In this document: positions 17,574 to 27,026 of the stretch, in pieces
Layout of the letters: each line of letters opens with the position of its first letter
Position numbering within the stretch: position 1 is the stretch's first letter
Assembly (NCBI GenBank): GCA_964505635.1
Contig: CAZDIP010000005.1
Coordinates: forward strand, 793 to 63,623
From: an uncultured Candidatus Saccharibacteria bacterium
Lineage (GTDB): Bacteria > Patescibacteriota > Doudnabacteria > UBA920
Direction of reading: 5' to 3'
Length of the DNA stretch: 62,831 nt
Notes under the pieces: model-generated
The model's database searches: none
What the model was told of the DNA's origin: nothing
What the model saw: the letters and a program-made list of their open reading frames with translations, nothing else
Translations under genes and position numbers: made by a program

Positions 17574-18113
17574 TTATTTTCCGTATCGGTCAAACAAGTC
17601 TTTTAAGATATTCTGGTATTTTTTTCTTATGTTTTCGTCCCGTCCAACCTCTAAAACCTCATCATTTAGGTTGGTGGCCGAAGAGGTCCAGTTAAATGAA
17701 CCGGAGGCGTAAGCTTTTTCCGTTACCACTGTTTTTAGGTGCATTATGGCGGAGTGATCTTGCTCGTAAACGGTAATGCCTTCTTTTTTAAGTTCGGTGA
17801 TAATTTTGTTTTGGCTTTCTAAGGAGCCGGTTTGGTTTCTGTCGGTTATGCCTTTTACTTCCAGTCCCCGGTACTTGGCTGCGAGCAGCGCGTCTTTTAT
17901 GTCGGTGCGGGTAAAAGTATAAATAGCGAAGTAAACAAAACGGTCGGCATCGCGAATTAGGTTTATAATTTCCAAATTAAGCTGCTGGTTCCGGTTGTAG
18001 TAAACCTCTACTTGGTGCGCGGGCTGATATTGGTAAGAAAAGTAGAATTGGGCGGAGAGTGCGACGAGCAAGACAATTATGGTAAGATGGATTTTTTCTT
18101 TTGTTACCTTCAT
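17574..18113 (-). CDS. phospholipase D-like (single HKD, Nuc-type) domain protein with signal anchor
   Basis: MHLKTVVTEKAYASGSFNWTSSATNLNDE is an HxK...GSxN type motif. Confidence 0.75.
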   Translation of the reverse strand: MKVTKEKIHLTIIVLLVALSAQFYFSYQYQPAHQVEVYYNRNQQLNLEIINLIRDADRFVYFAIYTFTRTDIKDALLAAKYRGLEVKGITDRNQTGSLESQNKIITELKKEGITVYEQDHSAIMHLKTVVTEKAYASGSFNWTSSATNLNDEVLEVGRDENIRKKYQNILKDLFDRYGK

Positions 18114-18228
18114 AAAAAAATAATGCTGTTTATTTAAATTCCAAATTCGAAAAATACAAAAAATTTAAATTTAAATACTTGAATTTTAAATTTGTTTCGA
18201 ATTTCGTGCTTCGAGTTTTGGTTTTTAT

Positions 18229-18657
18229 TTAGAAATCCCTTATTTCCTTCCTCGCTTCTCTTTTTTTAATATACTCTCTCTTATCTACTTTCTTTCTCGC
18301 TTTGCCCAGGCCGATTTTTATTTTTAGCCAACCCTTTGGGGTACAAAAAATTTCTAAGGGAATTAGGACTAAGCCTTTTTCTTTTCCTAGTAACTGTTGG
18401 ATTTCTTGCTGTTTTAGCAATAGCTGCCTGCTTTGGGTTGGGTTACATTTTTCACTTGGCGAGTATTTATAAGGGCCAATATGGCAATTTATTAAGTTTA
18501 CTCCAGAAGGCGAGGTAGTTACATAAGAGCCGGTTAAAGACACATTGCCGTTTTTGACGCTTTTCACTTCCGCTCCGGACAATACCAAACCAGCCACGAA
18601 AGCCTCTTTAATTTCGTAGTCAAAACGAGCGCGTTTATTTTCTGTTAGAATTTTCAT
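18229..18657 (-). CDS. smpB: SsrA-binding protein SmpB
   Basis: NKRARFDYEIKEAFVAGLVLSGAEVKS and a basic C-terminal tail. Confidence 0.93.
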   Translation of the reverse strand: MKILTENKRARFDYEIKEAFVAGLVLSGAEVKSVKNGNVSLTGSYVTTSPSGVNLINCHIGPYKYSPSEKCNPTQSRQLLLKQQEIQQLLGKEKGLVLIPLEIFCTPKGWLKIKIGLGKARKKVDKREYIKKREARKEIRDF

Positions 18658-18701
18658 ATTGGAATTTATTTAATTTTATCATAATGGCGTGTTATAATAT
18701 A

Positions 18702-18735
18702 GTAACCTTAAATCTCGGTCACGATTTAAGGTTAC
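18702..18735. promoter_or_regulatory. 34-nt palindrome (candidate operator) immediately after a TATAAT box
   Basis: GTAACCTTAAATC-tcggtcac-GATTTAAGGTTAC. TATAAT is at 18693-18698. An identical copy lies at 19302-19335. Confidence 0.6.
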
Positions 18736-18761
18736 AAGTCGCCAATATTTTAGTTATTTTT

Positions 18762-19292
18762 ATGCCAAAAAAAGAATTAACATTTACAAGCCAGTTAATT
18801 TTAAGCCTGCATGCAGTAGAGGAAATGCTGTTGCCTTTTATTTCGCTTAGGGAGCTAAACAAGCGTATTCGTTACGGCGGGGATTATGATAGCGCTAGAG
18901 TAGTTTTATATAAACTTAAGAGACGAGGTCTAATTAAGTATATACAATATAAAAAAGATAAATTTATTCAGTTAACCGAAAAAGGAGAATTAGAGGCTTT
19001 GATGCTTAAAACTAGATTGCCCAACAAACAGGAAGTCTGGGACGGCAAATGGAGAGTTATTTTGTTTGATATCCCCGAAGAGGCTAATTTAAAAAGGGAT
19101 CAATTTCGAAAAATGTTAAAGTCCACTGGTTTTTACATGTTTCAAAAAAGCGTATTTATTAGCCCGTATGCTTTGAATCGGGATGCTGTAGATTATCTGA
19201 ACAAGAGCCAGCTAATTAAATACATCAGAATTCTAAAGGTAGAAGATATAGATAACGATAAAGATCTAAAGACACTTTTTGGATTAAAATAA
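18762..19292 (+). CDS. PaaX-like / Cas2-fold putative transcriptional regulator
   Basis: WDGKWRVILFDIPEEANLKRDQFRKMLKSTGFYMFQKSVFISPY block. The start is taken at MPKKELTF because the track start (18684) would run through the promoter palindrome. Confidence 0.65.
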   Translation: MPKKELTFTSQLILSLHAVEEMLLPFISLRELNKRIRYGGDYDSARVVLYKLKRRGLIKYIQYKKDKFIQLTEKGELEALMLKTRLPNKQEVWDGKWRVILFDIPEEANLKRDQFRKMLKSTGFYMFQKSVFISPYALNRDAVDYLNKSQLIKYIRILKVEDIDNDKDLKTLFGLK

Positions 19293-19345
19293 TTCTGTTT
19301 TGTAACCTTAAATCTCGGTCACGATTTAAGGTTACAAAACAGAAT
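19292..19345. repeat. second copy of the 34-nt palindrome, extended to a 22-bp stem
   Basis: TTCTGTTTTGTAACCTTAAATC-tcggtcac-GATTTAAGGTTACAAAACAGAA. The core at 19302-19335 is identical to 18702-18735, exactly 600 bp downstream. Confidence 0.85.
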
Positions 19346-19416
19346 GAGGAATAGCTTATTTTACAGATGAAACATTTTGTGCAAACCATCTAATTATGTT
19401 ATTATTTAGTTAAATT

Positions 19417-21177
19417 ATGAACAGTGAAACAGGGAAAAATTACGTTAATCATATATTATCTAACGCGCTTTCAACGTTAAAATTAACGTCTTATTTAGAC
19501 GCGTTAAATATTTCAAGCCCTGAGCCAGAGTTTGGCGACTACAGTACTAATACGGTGTTGGTGTTGGCAAAAAAATTGAAAACTAATCCTAAAGAAATTG
19601 GAGAGAAACTGGTTGTAGAAATCAAGAATGAGGACAAAAAAAAATATTTCCAAAAAGTTGAAGAAAAGTCAGGTTTTATTAATTTTACTTTAACTGCCTC
19701 TTTCCTCTTACAAAATTTACAGAAAATCATTGAGCAGAGAGATTTGTATGGGGCATCTTTGGCGGGCGGCGGGATAAAAATCTTGGTAGAGTATTTTCAG
19801 CCCAATGTAGCTAAGCCGCTTCACTTGGGACATTTGCGAACAGCCATAATTGGCGATTCAATATTTCGTATTTTATTATCCCAAGGCTATAAAACCGAAA
19901 GCGACACGCATTTGGGCGATTGGGGCACCCAGTTTGGTTTGGTGCTTTTAGCTTACAAAAAATACGGAAAAATTTCTGAAATAGAAAAAAATCCGATTGA
20001 GGAATTAAACAAGCTTTACGTAAAGATTAATGCCGAGATAGAAAATGACCCGAAGCTTAGAGAAGAAGGCAAGGCTGAGTTTGTAAGATTAGAACAAGGC
20101 GACACAGAAAACCGCGAGCTTTGGAAAAAGTTTAAAGAGTGGTCGTGGCGGGAATATGACGTGGTTTATAAAGAGCTAGAAGTAAGAAAAAGTGACCATG
20201 ATTGGCCGGAAAGTTTTTTTGAAGACAAGATGGCGGCTGTTTTGGTGGCATTAAAAAATAAAGGGTTGCTCAAAGAATCCCAAGGCGCACAAATTGTAGA
20301 TTTGGAAGAGTATGGTTTAGGCGTGGCGCTTTTAGTTAAGTCAGACGGAGGCACGACTTATTTATTGCGGGACTTGGCCACTTATATTTTTAGGAAGTCC
20401 CAAGGCTTTCAAAAGCAGCTTTATGTGGTGGATGTTCGCCAGAGTCATACTTTAAAACAAACTTTTAAAATTGTTGACCTCTTGGGCTATATAAAACACT
20501 CAGAAGAAGCAGTGCACGTATCTTACGGTTTTTTGACTTTGCCACAAGGAGCCATGAGTACGCGTAAGGGTTCGGTTATTGGCGCAAAAGAATTTATAGA
20601 AAACGTGCAAAAGGAAGCTTTGAAAATTATAGAGGAAAAAAACCCAGAGTTAACCAACAAAGAAGAAGTTGCAAAAAAAGTCGCGTCTGGGGCGATAAAA
20701 TATTTTGACCTTTCCCATAATTTAAAAAGCGATATTGTGTTTGACCCAAAAAAGGCAATTACATTTGAGGGTAACACCGGGCCTTACTTACAGTACACGC
20801 ATGCTAGGATCCACGGGATACTAAGAAAAGCTAGCGTCACCATTCCGAAGGCTAGTGAGGAATCCCTTAAACAAGATAAGGGATCTCTAGCTTTGCTCGA
20901 GATGGCGCTAAAAGAACATGAAGTATCTGTTTTACGTAAATTAGCAAAATATCCAGAAGTGGTAAGCCAAGTGGCGGAAGATTTACAGCCTAACTTATTG
21001 TGCAACTATTTGTTTGGGTTAGCCCAGACTTTTAACTCGTTTTATCAAGAAGTTCCTATCCTTCAAGAATCTGATGAGCAAAAGCGATCGTTCCGTTTGC
21101 AATTAATCACCGCCACGGCGCAAGTGCTAAGTAACGGGCTTTATTTGCTTGGGATTGAAGCGCCGGAAGAAATGTAA
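19417..21177 (+). CDS. argS: arginine--tRNA ligase
   Basis: NVAKPLHLGHLRTAIIGD (HIGH-type motif), 586 aa, and a typical C-terminal anticodon-binding end (...GIEAPEEM). Confidence 0.95.
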   Translation: MNSETGKNYVNHILSNALSTLKLTSYLDALNISSPEPEFGDYSTNTVLVLAKKLKTNPKEIGEKLVVEIKNEDKKKYFQKVEEKSGFINFTLTASFLLQNLQKIIEQRDLYGASLAGGGIKILVEYFQPNVAKPLHLGHLRTAIIGDSIFRILLSQGYKTESDTHLGDWGTQFGLVLLAYKKYGKISEIEKNPIEELNKLYVKINAEIENDPKLREEGKAEFVRLEQGDTENRELWKKFKEWSWREYDVVYKELEVRKSDHDWPESFFEDKMAAVLVALKNKGLLKESQGAQIVDLEEYGLGVALLVKSDGGTTYLLRDLATYIFRKSQGFQKQLYVVDVRQSHTLKQTFKIVDLLGYIKHSEEAVHVSYGFLTLPQGAMSTRKGSVIGAKEFIENVQKEALKIIEEKNPELTNKEEVAKKVASGAIKYFDLSHNLKSDIVFDPKKAITFEGNTGPYLQYTHARIHGILRKASVTIPKASEESLKQDKGSLALLEMALKEHEVSVLRKLAKYPEVVSQVAEDLQPNLLCNYLFGLAQTFNSFYQEVPILQESDEQKRSFRLQLITATAQVLSNGLYLLGIEAPEEM

Positions 21178-21200
21178 GATAGTATTAAGTATCAAGTATT

Positions 21201-24200
21201 ATGCAAGAAGAAAAACAATCACAACCAACAGGAGCTCCCAATTTTAACGAACTTGAGCAGAAGGTTTTAAAGTACTGGGAAGACAATAAAATTTTTGAGA
21301 AGTCTTTGGAGGCGACAAAAAACAATGAACCTTACGTATTTTACGACGGTCCGCCTTTTGCCACAGGATTGCCGCACTATGGCCATATATTAGCATCAAC
21401 CATAAAAGACGCCATTCCGCGCTACCAGACTATGAAAGGCAAATTCGTGCGCAGGCGCTGGGGCTGGGATTGCCATGGCTTGCCCATAGAAAATATTGTA
21501 GAAAAAAACTTGGGAATTTCCGGAAAAAAACAGATTGAAGAGCTAGGCGTGGATAAATTTAATGAGGCGTGCAGGGCAGGCGTTTTAAAGTATGTGGAAG
21601 AATGGGGGAAAATGGTTAAAAGAATGGGTCGGTGGGTGGATTTCGAAAATTCCTACAAAACTATGGACACTAGCTATATGGAAAGTGTTTGGTGGGGCAT
21701 AAAGCAGATTTGGGATAAGGAATTAATTTATGAAGACAGAAAAGTTTTGCTTTATTGCAGCCGCTGCGAAACGCCGATTTCCAACTTTGAAGTGGCTATG
21801 GACAATTCTTACCGCGATGTTACGGAAGAATCGGTTTACGTGAAATTTAAACTTTTGCCGCGCCAAAGAATTTTAAACGACCTAACTAACGACAAGACCT
21901 ATCTTTTAGCCTGGACAACCACGCCCTGGACTTTGCCGGGCAATACCAGCTTGAATATTGGACCAAATATTACTTATGTCACAATTGAGGTAGAAAGCGG
22001 ACAGCACTATATATTAGCAAAAGACCGATTGTCTATTATTTCAGAAAAATATGAAATTTTAGGCGAAATTTTGCCCAGGCATTTAGAGGGCCTTGAATAT
22101 GAGCCGTTGTATGAAGGGGTTATTCCGAATGGACGCGGGGAAAATTTATCAGCAAATATTGCTGGCAATCCTAACCGCGCCCACAGAATTTATTTAGCGG
22201 ATTTTGTCACCACTACGGACGGCACCGGCATAGTGCACAATGCCGCAATGTACGGAGAGGAAGACTACCAGTTGGCAAAACAAAAAGATTTGCCCCGCAT
22301 GGACATGTTAGACAACAAAGGCCAGTATTTAGCCATGGCTCCAGAACACCTTCGAGGCGTGTTCTTTAAAGATGCGGATAAAATAGTAATTAGCGATTTG
22401 GAGGCCAAAGGCTTGCTTTATAAAAAGGAGCATTACACCCACAGCTATCCGCACTGTTACCGCTGCGGCACCCCGCTTTTTTACAATGCCTTGCCGGCTT
22501 GGTTTATTAATATACAAAAAGCTAAGGCCGACTTACTGAAAAATAACGAGAGCATTAATTGGTATCCTGAACATTTAAAAGCAGGCAGGTTTAAATTAGG
22601 TTTAGAAAATGCGCCGGACTGGAACATCTCCCGCAACCGCTATTGGGCTACGCCTTTGCCTTTTTGGAAATGCAGTGCGGCCGAATGTGGAAATAAAATT
22701 TGTATAGGATCAGTTAAAGAGTTGCGTGATTTATCTGCAAACTTTGGAGAGGTCTATCCGGCCGCAGAATTAAGAATTAGGAATCATGAATCAAGCCCCG
22801 CGCATAATAATTCAGGATTCAAAATTCAGGATTCAGATTTAGATCTTCATAGGCCTTATATAGATAGCGTAAAGTTAAAATGTTCACAATGTGGCGGGGA
22901 AATGAGCAGAGTTCCCGAAGTGGTGGATTGTTGGGTGGAAAGCGCCAGCATGCCTTTTGCGGAACTGCACTATCCTTTTGAAAATAATAAAGAGATTTCA
23001 CCGGAAGATTTTAAAAATCGTTTCCCGGCGGATTTTGTAGCCGAATACATAGCCCAAACCAGAGCGTGGTTTTATGTTATGCATGTTATGTCTACCGTAT
23101 TGTTTAAACAGGCGCCGTTTAAAAACGTAGTTACCACCGGCAATATTTTAGCCGAGGACGGGAGTAAAATGTCCAAGAGTAAAAATAACTACCCCGACCC
23201 ATGGCTCTTAATAGAGAAATACGGCATAGACGCGACCAGGTTTTATTTGCTCACCAGCCCGGTTATGAATGGCGACGATGTGAATTTCAGCGAAAAGGGC
23301 GTGCAGGAAGTAAATCGAAAGTTGTCTTTAATTTTATACAATGTTTGGAGTTTTTACAGAATGTATGAAAAAGATAAGTTGTCAGTGAGCAGCCAGCAGT
23401 TGTCAAAAAGTCATATCCTAGACAAGTGGGTGCTGGCGCGGCTGGCTCAAACGCAAGTTGAAGTAACTAAACAAATGGACGGCTACAATACTGTTAAAGC
23501 CGGCAGGGCGATTTTGGAATTTATTAATGAACTTTCCACCTGGTATTTAAGGAGAAATCGCGATCGCATAAAAGCTGGCGACGATTCATCCAAAGCCTGT
23601 TTAAACACCCTTGGTTTTGTGATTGCCGAAACCTGCAAACTTTTAGCTCCGTTTATGCCATTTTTGCCCGACAATATTTATAGGGATATAACAGGCGAAG
23701 AAAGTGTGCATTTGTCAGGCTGGGCATTGTCGGGGAATATAGACCAAAAAATAATAGATGAAATGCAAACCGTAAGAGAGTTGGTGGAAGCCGGCCAGGC
23801 AATGCGCAAAGAACACAATATTAAGGTTCGCCAGCCATTAGCTGAAATAGAGTATCATTTAAAGAGCAATCAGAATTTATCCGAGCAGCTTGATGCAGTT
23901 ATCGCGGAAGAGCTCAATGTAAAAATTGTTAGCGGTCGAACAGATTTTAGTCCTAAGGCTGGATGGACTTTTGCGGAAGATTCTGATTTTAAAATCGCGA
24001 TGAATTTAGAAATAAACCCTCAACTGAAAAAGGAGGGTTTGGCTCGGGAACTGGAAAGGCAGGTTCAGGATCTGCGGAAGAAAAGCGGATTAAAAGTAGG
24101 GGAGTTGGTGGATTTATATTATAATACGCCAAGTGAAGAAGCAGAGGACGCCTTGCTAAACTTACTTGATCGTAAAAAAACTTTTATTAACCAGATTAAT

Positions 24201-24284
24201 AAAACTTACGAGGTGGAGGTTGATTTTGAAACTCAAAGTGTGGTAGAAAACCAGCCGGTGTGGTTGGGCATGATTAAAATTTAA
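21201..24284 (+). CDS. ileS: isoleucine--tRNA ligase (type 2-like)
   Basis: FYDGPPFATGLPHYGHIL (HIGH), KMSKSK, DLHRPYID and a CxxC...CxxC zinc knuckle. 1027 aa. Confidence 0.96.
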   Translation: MQEEKQSQPTGAPNFNELEQKVLKYWEDNKIFEKSLEATKNNEPYVFYDGPPFATGLPHYGHILASTIKDAIPRYQTMKGKFVRRRWGWDCHGLPIENIVEKNLGISGKKQIEELGVDKFNEACRAGVLKYVEEWGKMVKRMGRWVDFENSYKTMDTSYMESVWWGIKQIWDKELIYEDRKVLLYCSRCETPISNFEVAMDNSYRDVTEESVYVKFKLLPRQRILNDLTNDKTYLLAWTTTPWTLPGNTSLNIGPNITYVTIEVESGQHYILAKDRLSIISEKYEILGEILPRHLEGLEYEPLYEGVIPNGRGENLSANIAGNPNRAHRIYLADFVTTTDGTGIVHNAAMYGEEDYQLAKQKDLPRMDMLDNKGQYLAMAPEHLRGVFFKDADKIVISDLEAKGLLYKKEHYTHSYPHCYRCGTPLFYNALPAWFINIQKAKADLLKNNESINWYPEHLKAGRFKLGLENAPDWNISRNRYWATPLPFWKCSAAECGNKICIGSVKELRDLSANFGEVYPAAELRIRNHESSPAHNNSGFKIQDSDLDLHRPYIDSVKLKCSQCGGEMSRVPEVVDCWVESASMPFAELHYPFENNKEISPEDFKNRFPADFVAEYIAQTRAWFYVMHVMSTVLFKQAPFKNVVTTGNILAEDGSKMSKSKNNYPDPWLLIEKYGIDATRFYLLTSPVMNGDDVNFSEKGVQEVNRKLSLILYNVWSFYRMYEKDKLSVSSQQLSKSHILDKWVLARLAQTQVEVTKQMDGYNTVKAGRAILEFINELSTWYLRRNRDRIKAGDDSSKACLNTLGFVIAETCKLLAPFMPFLPDNIYRDITGEESVHLSGWALSGNIDQKIIDEMQTVRELVEAGQAMRKEHNIKVRQPLAEIEYHLKSNQNLSEQLDAVIAEELNVKIVSGRTDFSPKAGWTFAEDSDFKIAMNLEINPQLKKEGLARELERQVQDLRKKSGLKVGELVDLYYNTPSEEAEDALLNLLDRKKTFINQINKTYEVEVDFETQSVVENQPVWLGMIKI

Positions 24285-24324
24285 ATAACCTAAGCCAAAA
24301 GCAATAGCTGTAATCGATAACTCT

Positions 24325-25053
24325 ATGTCAAGGGAATATATTTATGATGCGATAATTCTTAAAAAAACTCCTTTTGGCGAGGCGGACGAAATTGTTACCG
24401 CTTATTCTAAACAGGCGGGTAAATTAAAATTTTTGTCTAAAGCCAGCAAATTAAGCAGGAGTAAGCTTGGACAGGCTTTGCAGGGTTTATTTCTATTAAA
24501 TGTTAGGCTTACGGGCGGGAGCGGTAGGGGTTTGCCAAAAATTATTTCAGCTGAAATAAAAAAAACTTTTTCTGTGCTAAGAGAAAATTTAGATACTACA
24601 ACCGCTGCAATTTATGCCAACGAATTAGTGACCAAATTTTCTCCCGATGGCGAACAAAATGCCGACTTGTTTATTTTATTGGAAAATATGTTGGAAAATT
24701 TAAATCAACCATTGTCTGAGCATCAGGTTCAGATAATGCTGGCAAAATTCAAAATTGATTTTTTATTTCTTCTTGGGCTGGGGATAAAATCTGAACCGCG
24801 GCTTGAGCTTTTAGATAAAGTGGCATTCAGCAATCATTTGGGCGGTTTTGGAAAAGCCGGTATATCCTTAGACGAAAGAATTATAGATACCTCGGTTTTT
24901 AAACAATTTTTAGCTCTAAAAGCTTATGAAGAAACAAAAAGTAAAGATAATTTTATTTTTGAAAGACTTTTGGAATTGCAGGTTTTGCTAACAGACTTTT
25001 TAGAATATAATTTAGAAAGACGCATCCATTCTGAGAAGTTAATTAGTTTTTAA
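24325..25053 (+). CDS. recO: DNA repair protein RecO
   Basis: YDAIILKKTPFGEADEIVTAYSKQAGKLKFLSKASKLSRSKL is an OB-fold N-terminus typical of RecO. Confidence 0.85.
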   Translation: MSREYIYDAIILKKTPFGEADEIVTAYSKQAGKLKFLSKASKLSRSKLGQALQGLFLLNVRLTGGSGRGLPKIISAEIKKTFSVLRENLDTTTAAIYANELVTKFSPDGEQNADLFILLENMLENLNQPLSEHQVQIMLAKFKIDFLFLLGLGIKSEPRLELLDKVAFSNHLGGFGKAGISLDERIIDTSVFKQFLALKAYEETKSKDNFIFERLLELQVLLTDFLEYNLERRIHSEKLISF

Positions 25054-25078
25054 CCATGTTATAATTTTAATAAGATTT

Positions 25079-26908
25079 ATGCAACCAAATTTACCAAAGA
25101 ATAGCGGTGACTTCTCTCCGAAGCCCGTTGAGCAGCCTATTTTAAATTCAGATTTGCGCACCAGAATTGCAAATAGCCAGCTTGAAGAAAAAACTGGATT
25201 TTTTAAGACAAACAGGTACTACATTTTTTTTATTGTTTTAGGTCTGGGGATTATAGCGGTGCTAGGATATTTGGCTTTTCGTAGTCCGCCCCCCCAGGCG
25301 CCGAAAGAAGCCAATGTTGCTATTAGTATTGACGCGCCGGAAACCCTGGCCAGCGGAAGCGAAGCGGTTTATAAAATTACCACAACCAATAACGACGCAC
25401 TTAAGTTAACCGATTTAACTTTAGAGTTGGTTTACCCTTCAAGCGCGGTTTATGTCAGTAGTGTGCCAAAAGCCGAAAATATATCTGGCACGCTCTTTCA
25501 GATTCCGGATTTAATTCCGGGTCAGAATGCCGCAGTGATTGTAAAAGTACGCATAAATGGGAGCGTTAATGATTCTAAAGAATTGCTTGCAAAATTGAGT
25601 TATAAGTATTCAAATTTTAGTTCTGCTTTTGTTAAAGAAAAAGCAATTTATACCAGGTTAATTGCATCTGATATTGAACTTGCGCTTACAGGTCCCCAAA
25701 ATGCCACCAATGGCCAGATTTTGAACTACTCAATTAAGTATAAAAACAATTCAGGTTCGGAAATAAAAAATGCTCGCATTCAACTAAATTATCCATCCGG
25801 ATTCAATTTTTCAGTCTCAGATCCTCAGGCTGACATCGGCAATAATATATGGAATATTTCAGTTTTACCGGATAAAAGCGAGGGGGTAATTGAATTTAGA
25901 GGTTCTTTTGCAAATTCTTTGCCCGGTGAGTCAAAAGCTTTAGTGGCTGATTTTATGATTTTGGGTTCCGATGGCAGATTTTTTACACAAAATTCTGTGA
26001 GTTATGAAACAGCCATGGCCAATTCGCCTTTGGGTATTTTTCAGGAGATAGAAAGTTCCGACGGTCCTTTTTTAGAAGTAGTACAGCCGGGAAGCACCGT
26101 CCAATTAAAGATTAAGTATCAAAACAATTCCAGCATCGCTGCCACCGGAGTTAATGTATTTTTAAGCTTAGATTCTAAGTCGGTTGATACTGCTAGTATT
26201 TCCGCCGAGGGTGGCTTAATCAACAATCAGGAAGTTGTTTGGAATGCCTCTTCGGCCTCTCAGCTTCAAAGTTTGGCGCCCAGCGAATCCGGGGAGCTTA
26301 GGATTAATTTTAAAATTAAAAATCCTGCCACCAGAGATTCGGCAAAAAATTTGCAAATTGCAAGCTCAATAAAAATTAAAGCCAATGAATTTGATTACTT
26401 TTCCGGCAATCAACTGGTTATAAAAATCGCGAGTCCGGCAAAAATCAGTTCCAACTTGCTTTTTTCCAACGGCAACCTCCCTCCAAAAGTGGGGCAATCA
26501 ACTTATTATACCGTCAATCTGTCCCTGCAAAATTCCAGCAATGATTTTTCGGACGCTTTATTAACGGCGTTTATTCCGTTGGGCAGCAGTGGTTTTGACA
26601 CGTCCAGCATAAGTCAGGCCGAAGCAGGTAAAGTTGAATTTGATTCCAGTACGGGCAAGTTAACGTGGCGAATGGGGTTTTTGCCTGCTTATGCCGGGAA
26701 GTTCAATCAGCCGAAGAATTTATCTTTTAAGGTAAAATTAACTCCATCTGCTTCACAGGTAGGACAAAATCCTGTATTGGTAAAAAATATAGTTTTTACG
26801 GGCAAAGATGTATTTACGACACAGGAGATTAATTTGACATCTCAGGATATAACAACAGCAGATTATTTTGACCAGAACAATTATAGCCAGGGTCAGGTAG
26901 TTGAATAG
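25079..26908 (+). CDS. hypothetical membrane-anchored surface protein with repeated beta-sandwich-like segments
   Basis: 609 aa. A TM helix lies near residue 50, followed by repeated segments of about 110 aa rich in N/S/T (DUF11/CARDB-like by eye). Confidence 0.6.
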   Translation: MQPNLPKNSGDFSPKPVEQPILNSDLRTRIANSQLEEKTGFFKTNRYYIFFIVLGLGIIAVLGYLAFRSPPPQAPKEANVAISIDAPETLASGSEAVYKITTTNNDALKLTDLTLELVYPSSAVYVSSVPKAENISGTLFQIPDLIPGQNAAVIVKVRINGSVNDSKELLAKLSYKYSNFSSAFVKEKAIYTRLIASDIELALTGPQNATNGQILNYSIKYKNNSGSEIKNARIQLNYPSGFNFSVSDPQADIGNNIWNISVLPDKSEGVIEFRGSFANSLPGESKALVADFMILGSDGRFFTQNSVSYETAMANSPLGIFQEIESSDGPFLEVVQPGSTVQLKIKYQNNSSIAATGVNVFLSLDSKSVDTASISAEGGLINNQEVVWNASSASQLQSLAPSESGELRINFKIKNPATRDSAKNLQIASSIKIKANEFDYFSGNQLVIKIASPAKISSNLLFSNGNLPPKVGQSTYYTVNLSLQNSSNDFSDALLTAFIPLGSSGFDTSSISQAEAGKVEFDSSTGKLTWRMGFLPAYAGKFNQPKNLSFKVKLTPSASQVGQNPVLVKNIVFTGKDVFTTQEINLTSQDITTADYFDQNNYSQGQVVE

Positions 26909-26946
26909 ATTACGCAAGCTGTAATTAGATTGATGAAACACAAACT

Positions 26947-26974
26947 AAAATCGCCTCTTGTTAAAGGCGATTTT
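26947..26974. terminator. bidirectional terminator between convergent genes
   Basis: AAAATCGCC-tcttgttaaa-GGCGATTTT. Confidence 0.8.
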
Positions 26975-27026
26975 AGTTATATGTGCTTATTTTTCGTCTA
27001 TGTTTTGGTGTTTGAAAGCTAGAAGT

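Noticed and set aside
18143-18204. AAATTCGAAA / TTTCGAATTT inverted repeat in the PLD-smpB spacer as another member of the palindromic insert family
   Set aside because: Each arm is itself built on the TTCGAA palindrome in very AT-rich, low-complexity sequence. The match is too short and too easily explained by chance.
18702-19335. Possible CRISPR-like array suggested by two identical 34-nt palindromic repeats
   Set aside because: There are only two copies, 600 bp apart, bracketing a complete protein gene. There is no regular repeat-spacer periodicity and no cas genes. No CRISPR array is seen anywhere in the window.
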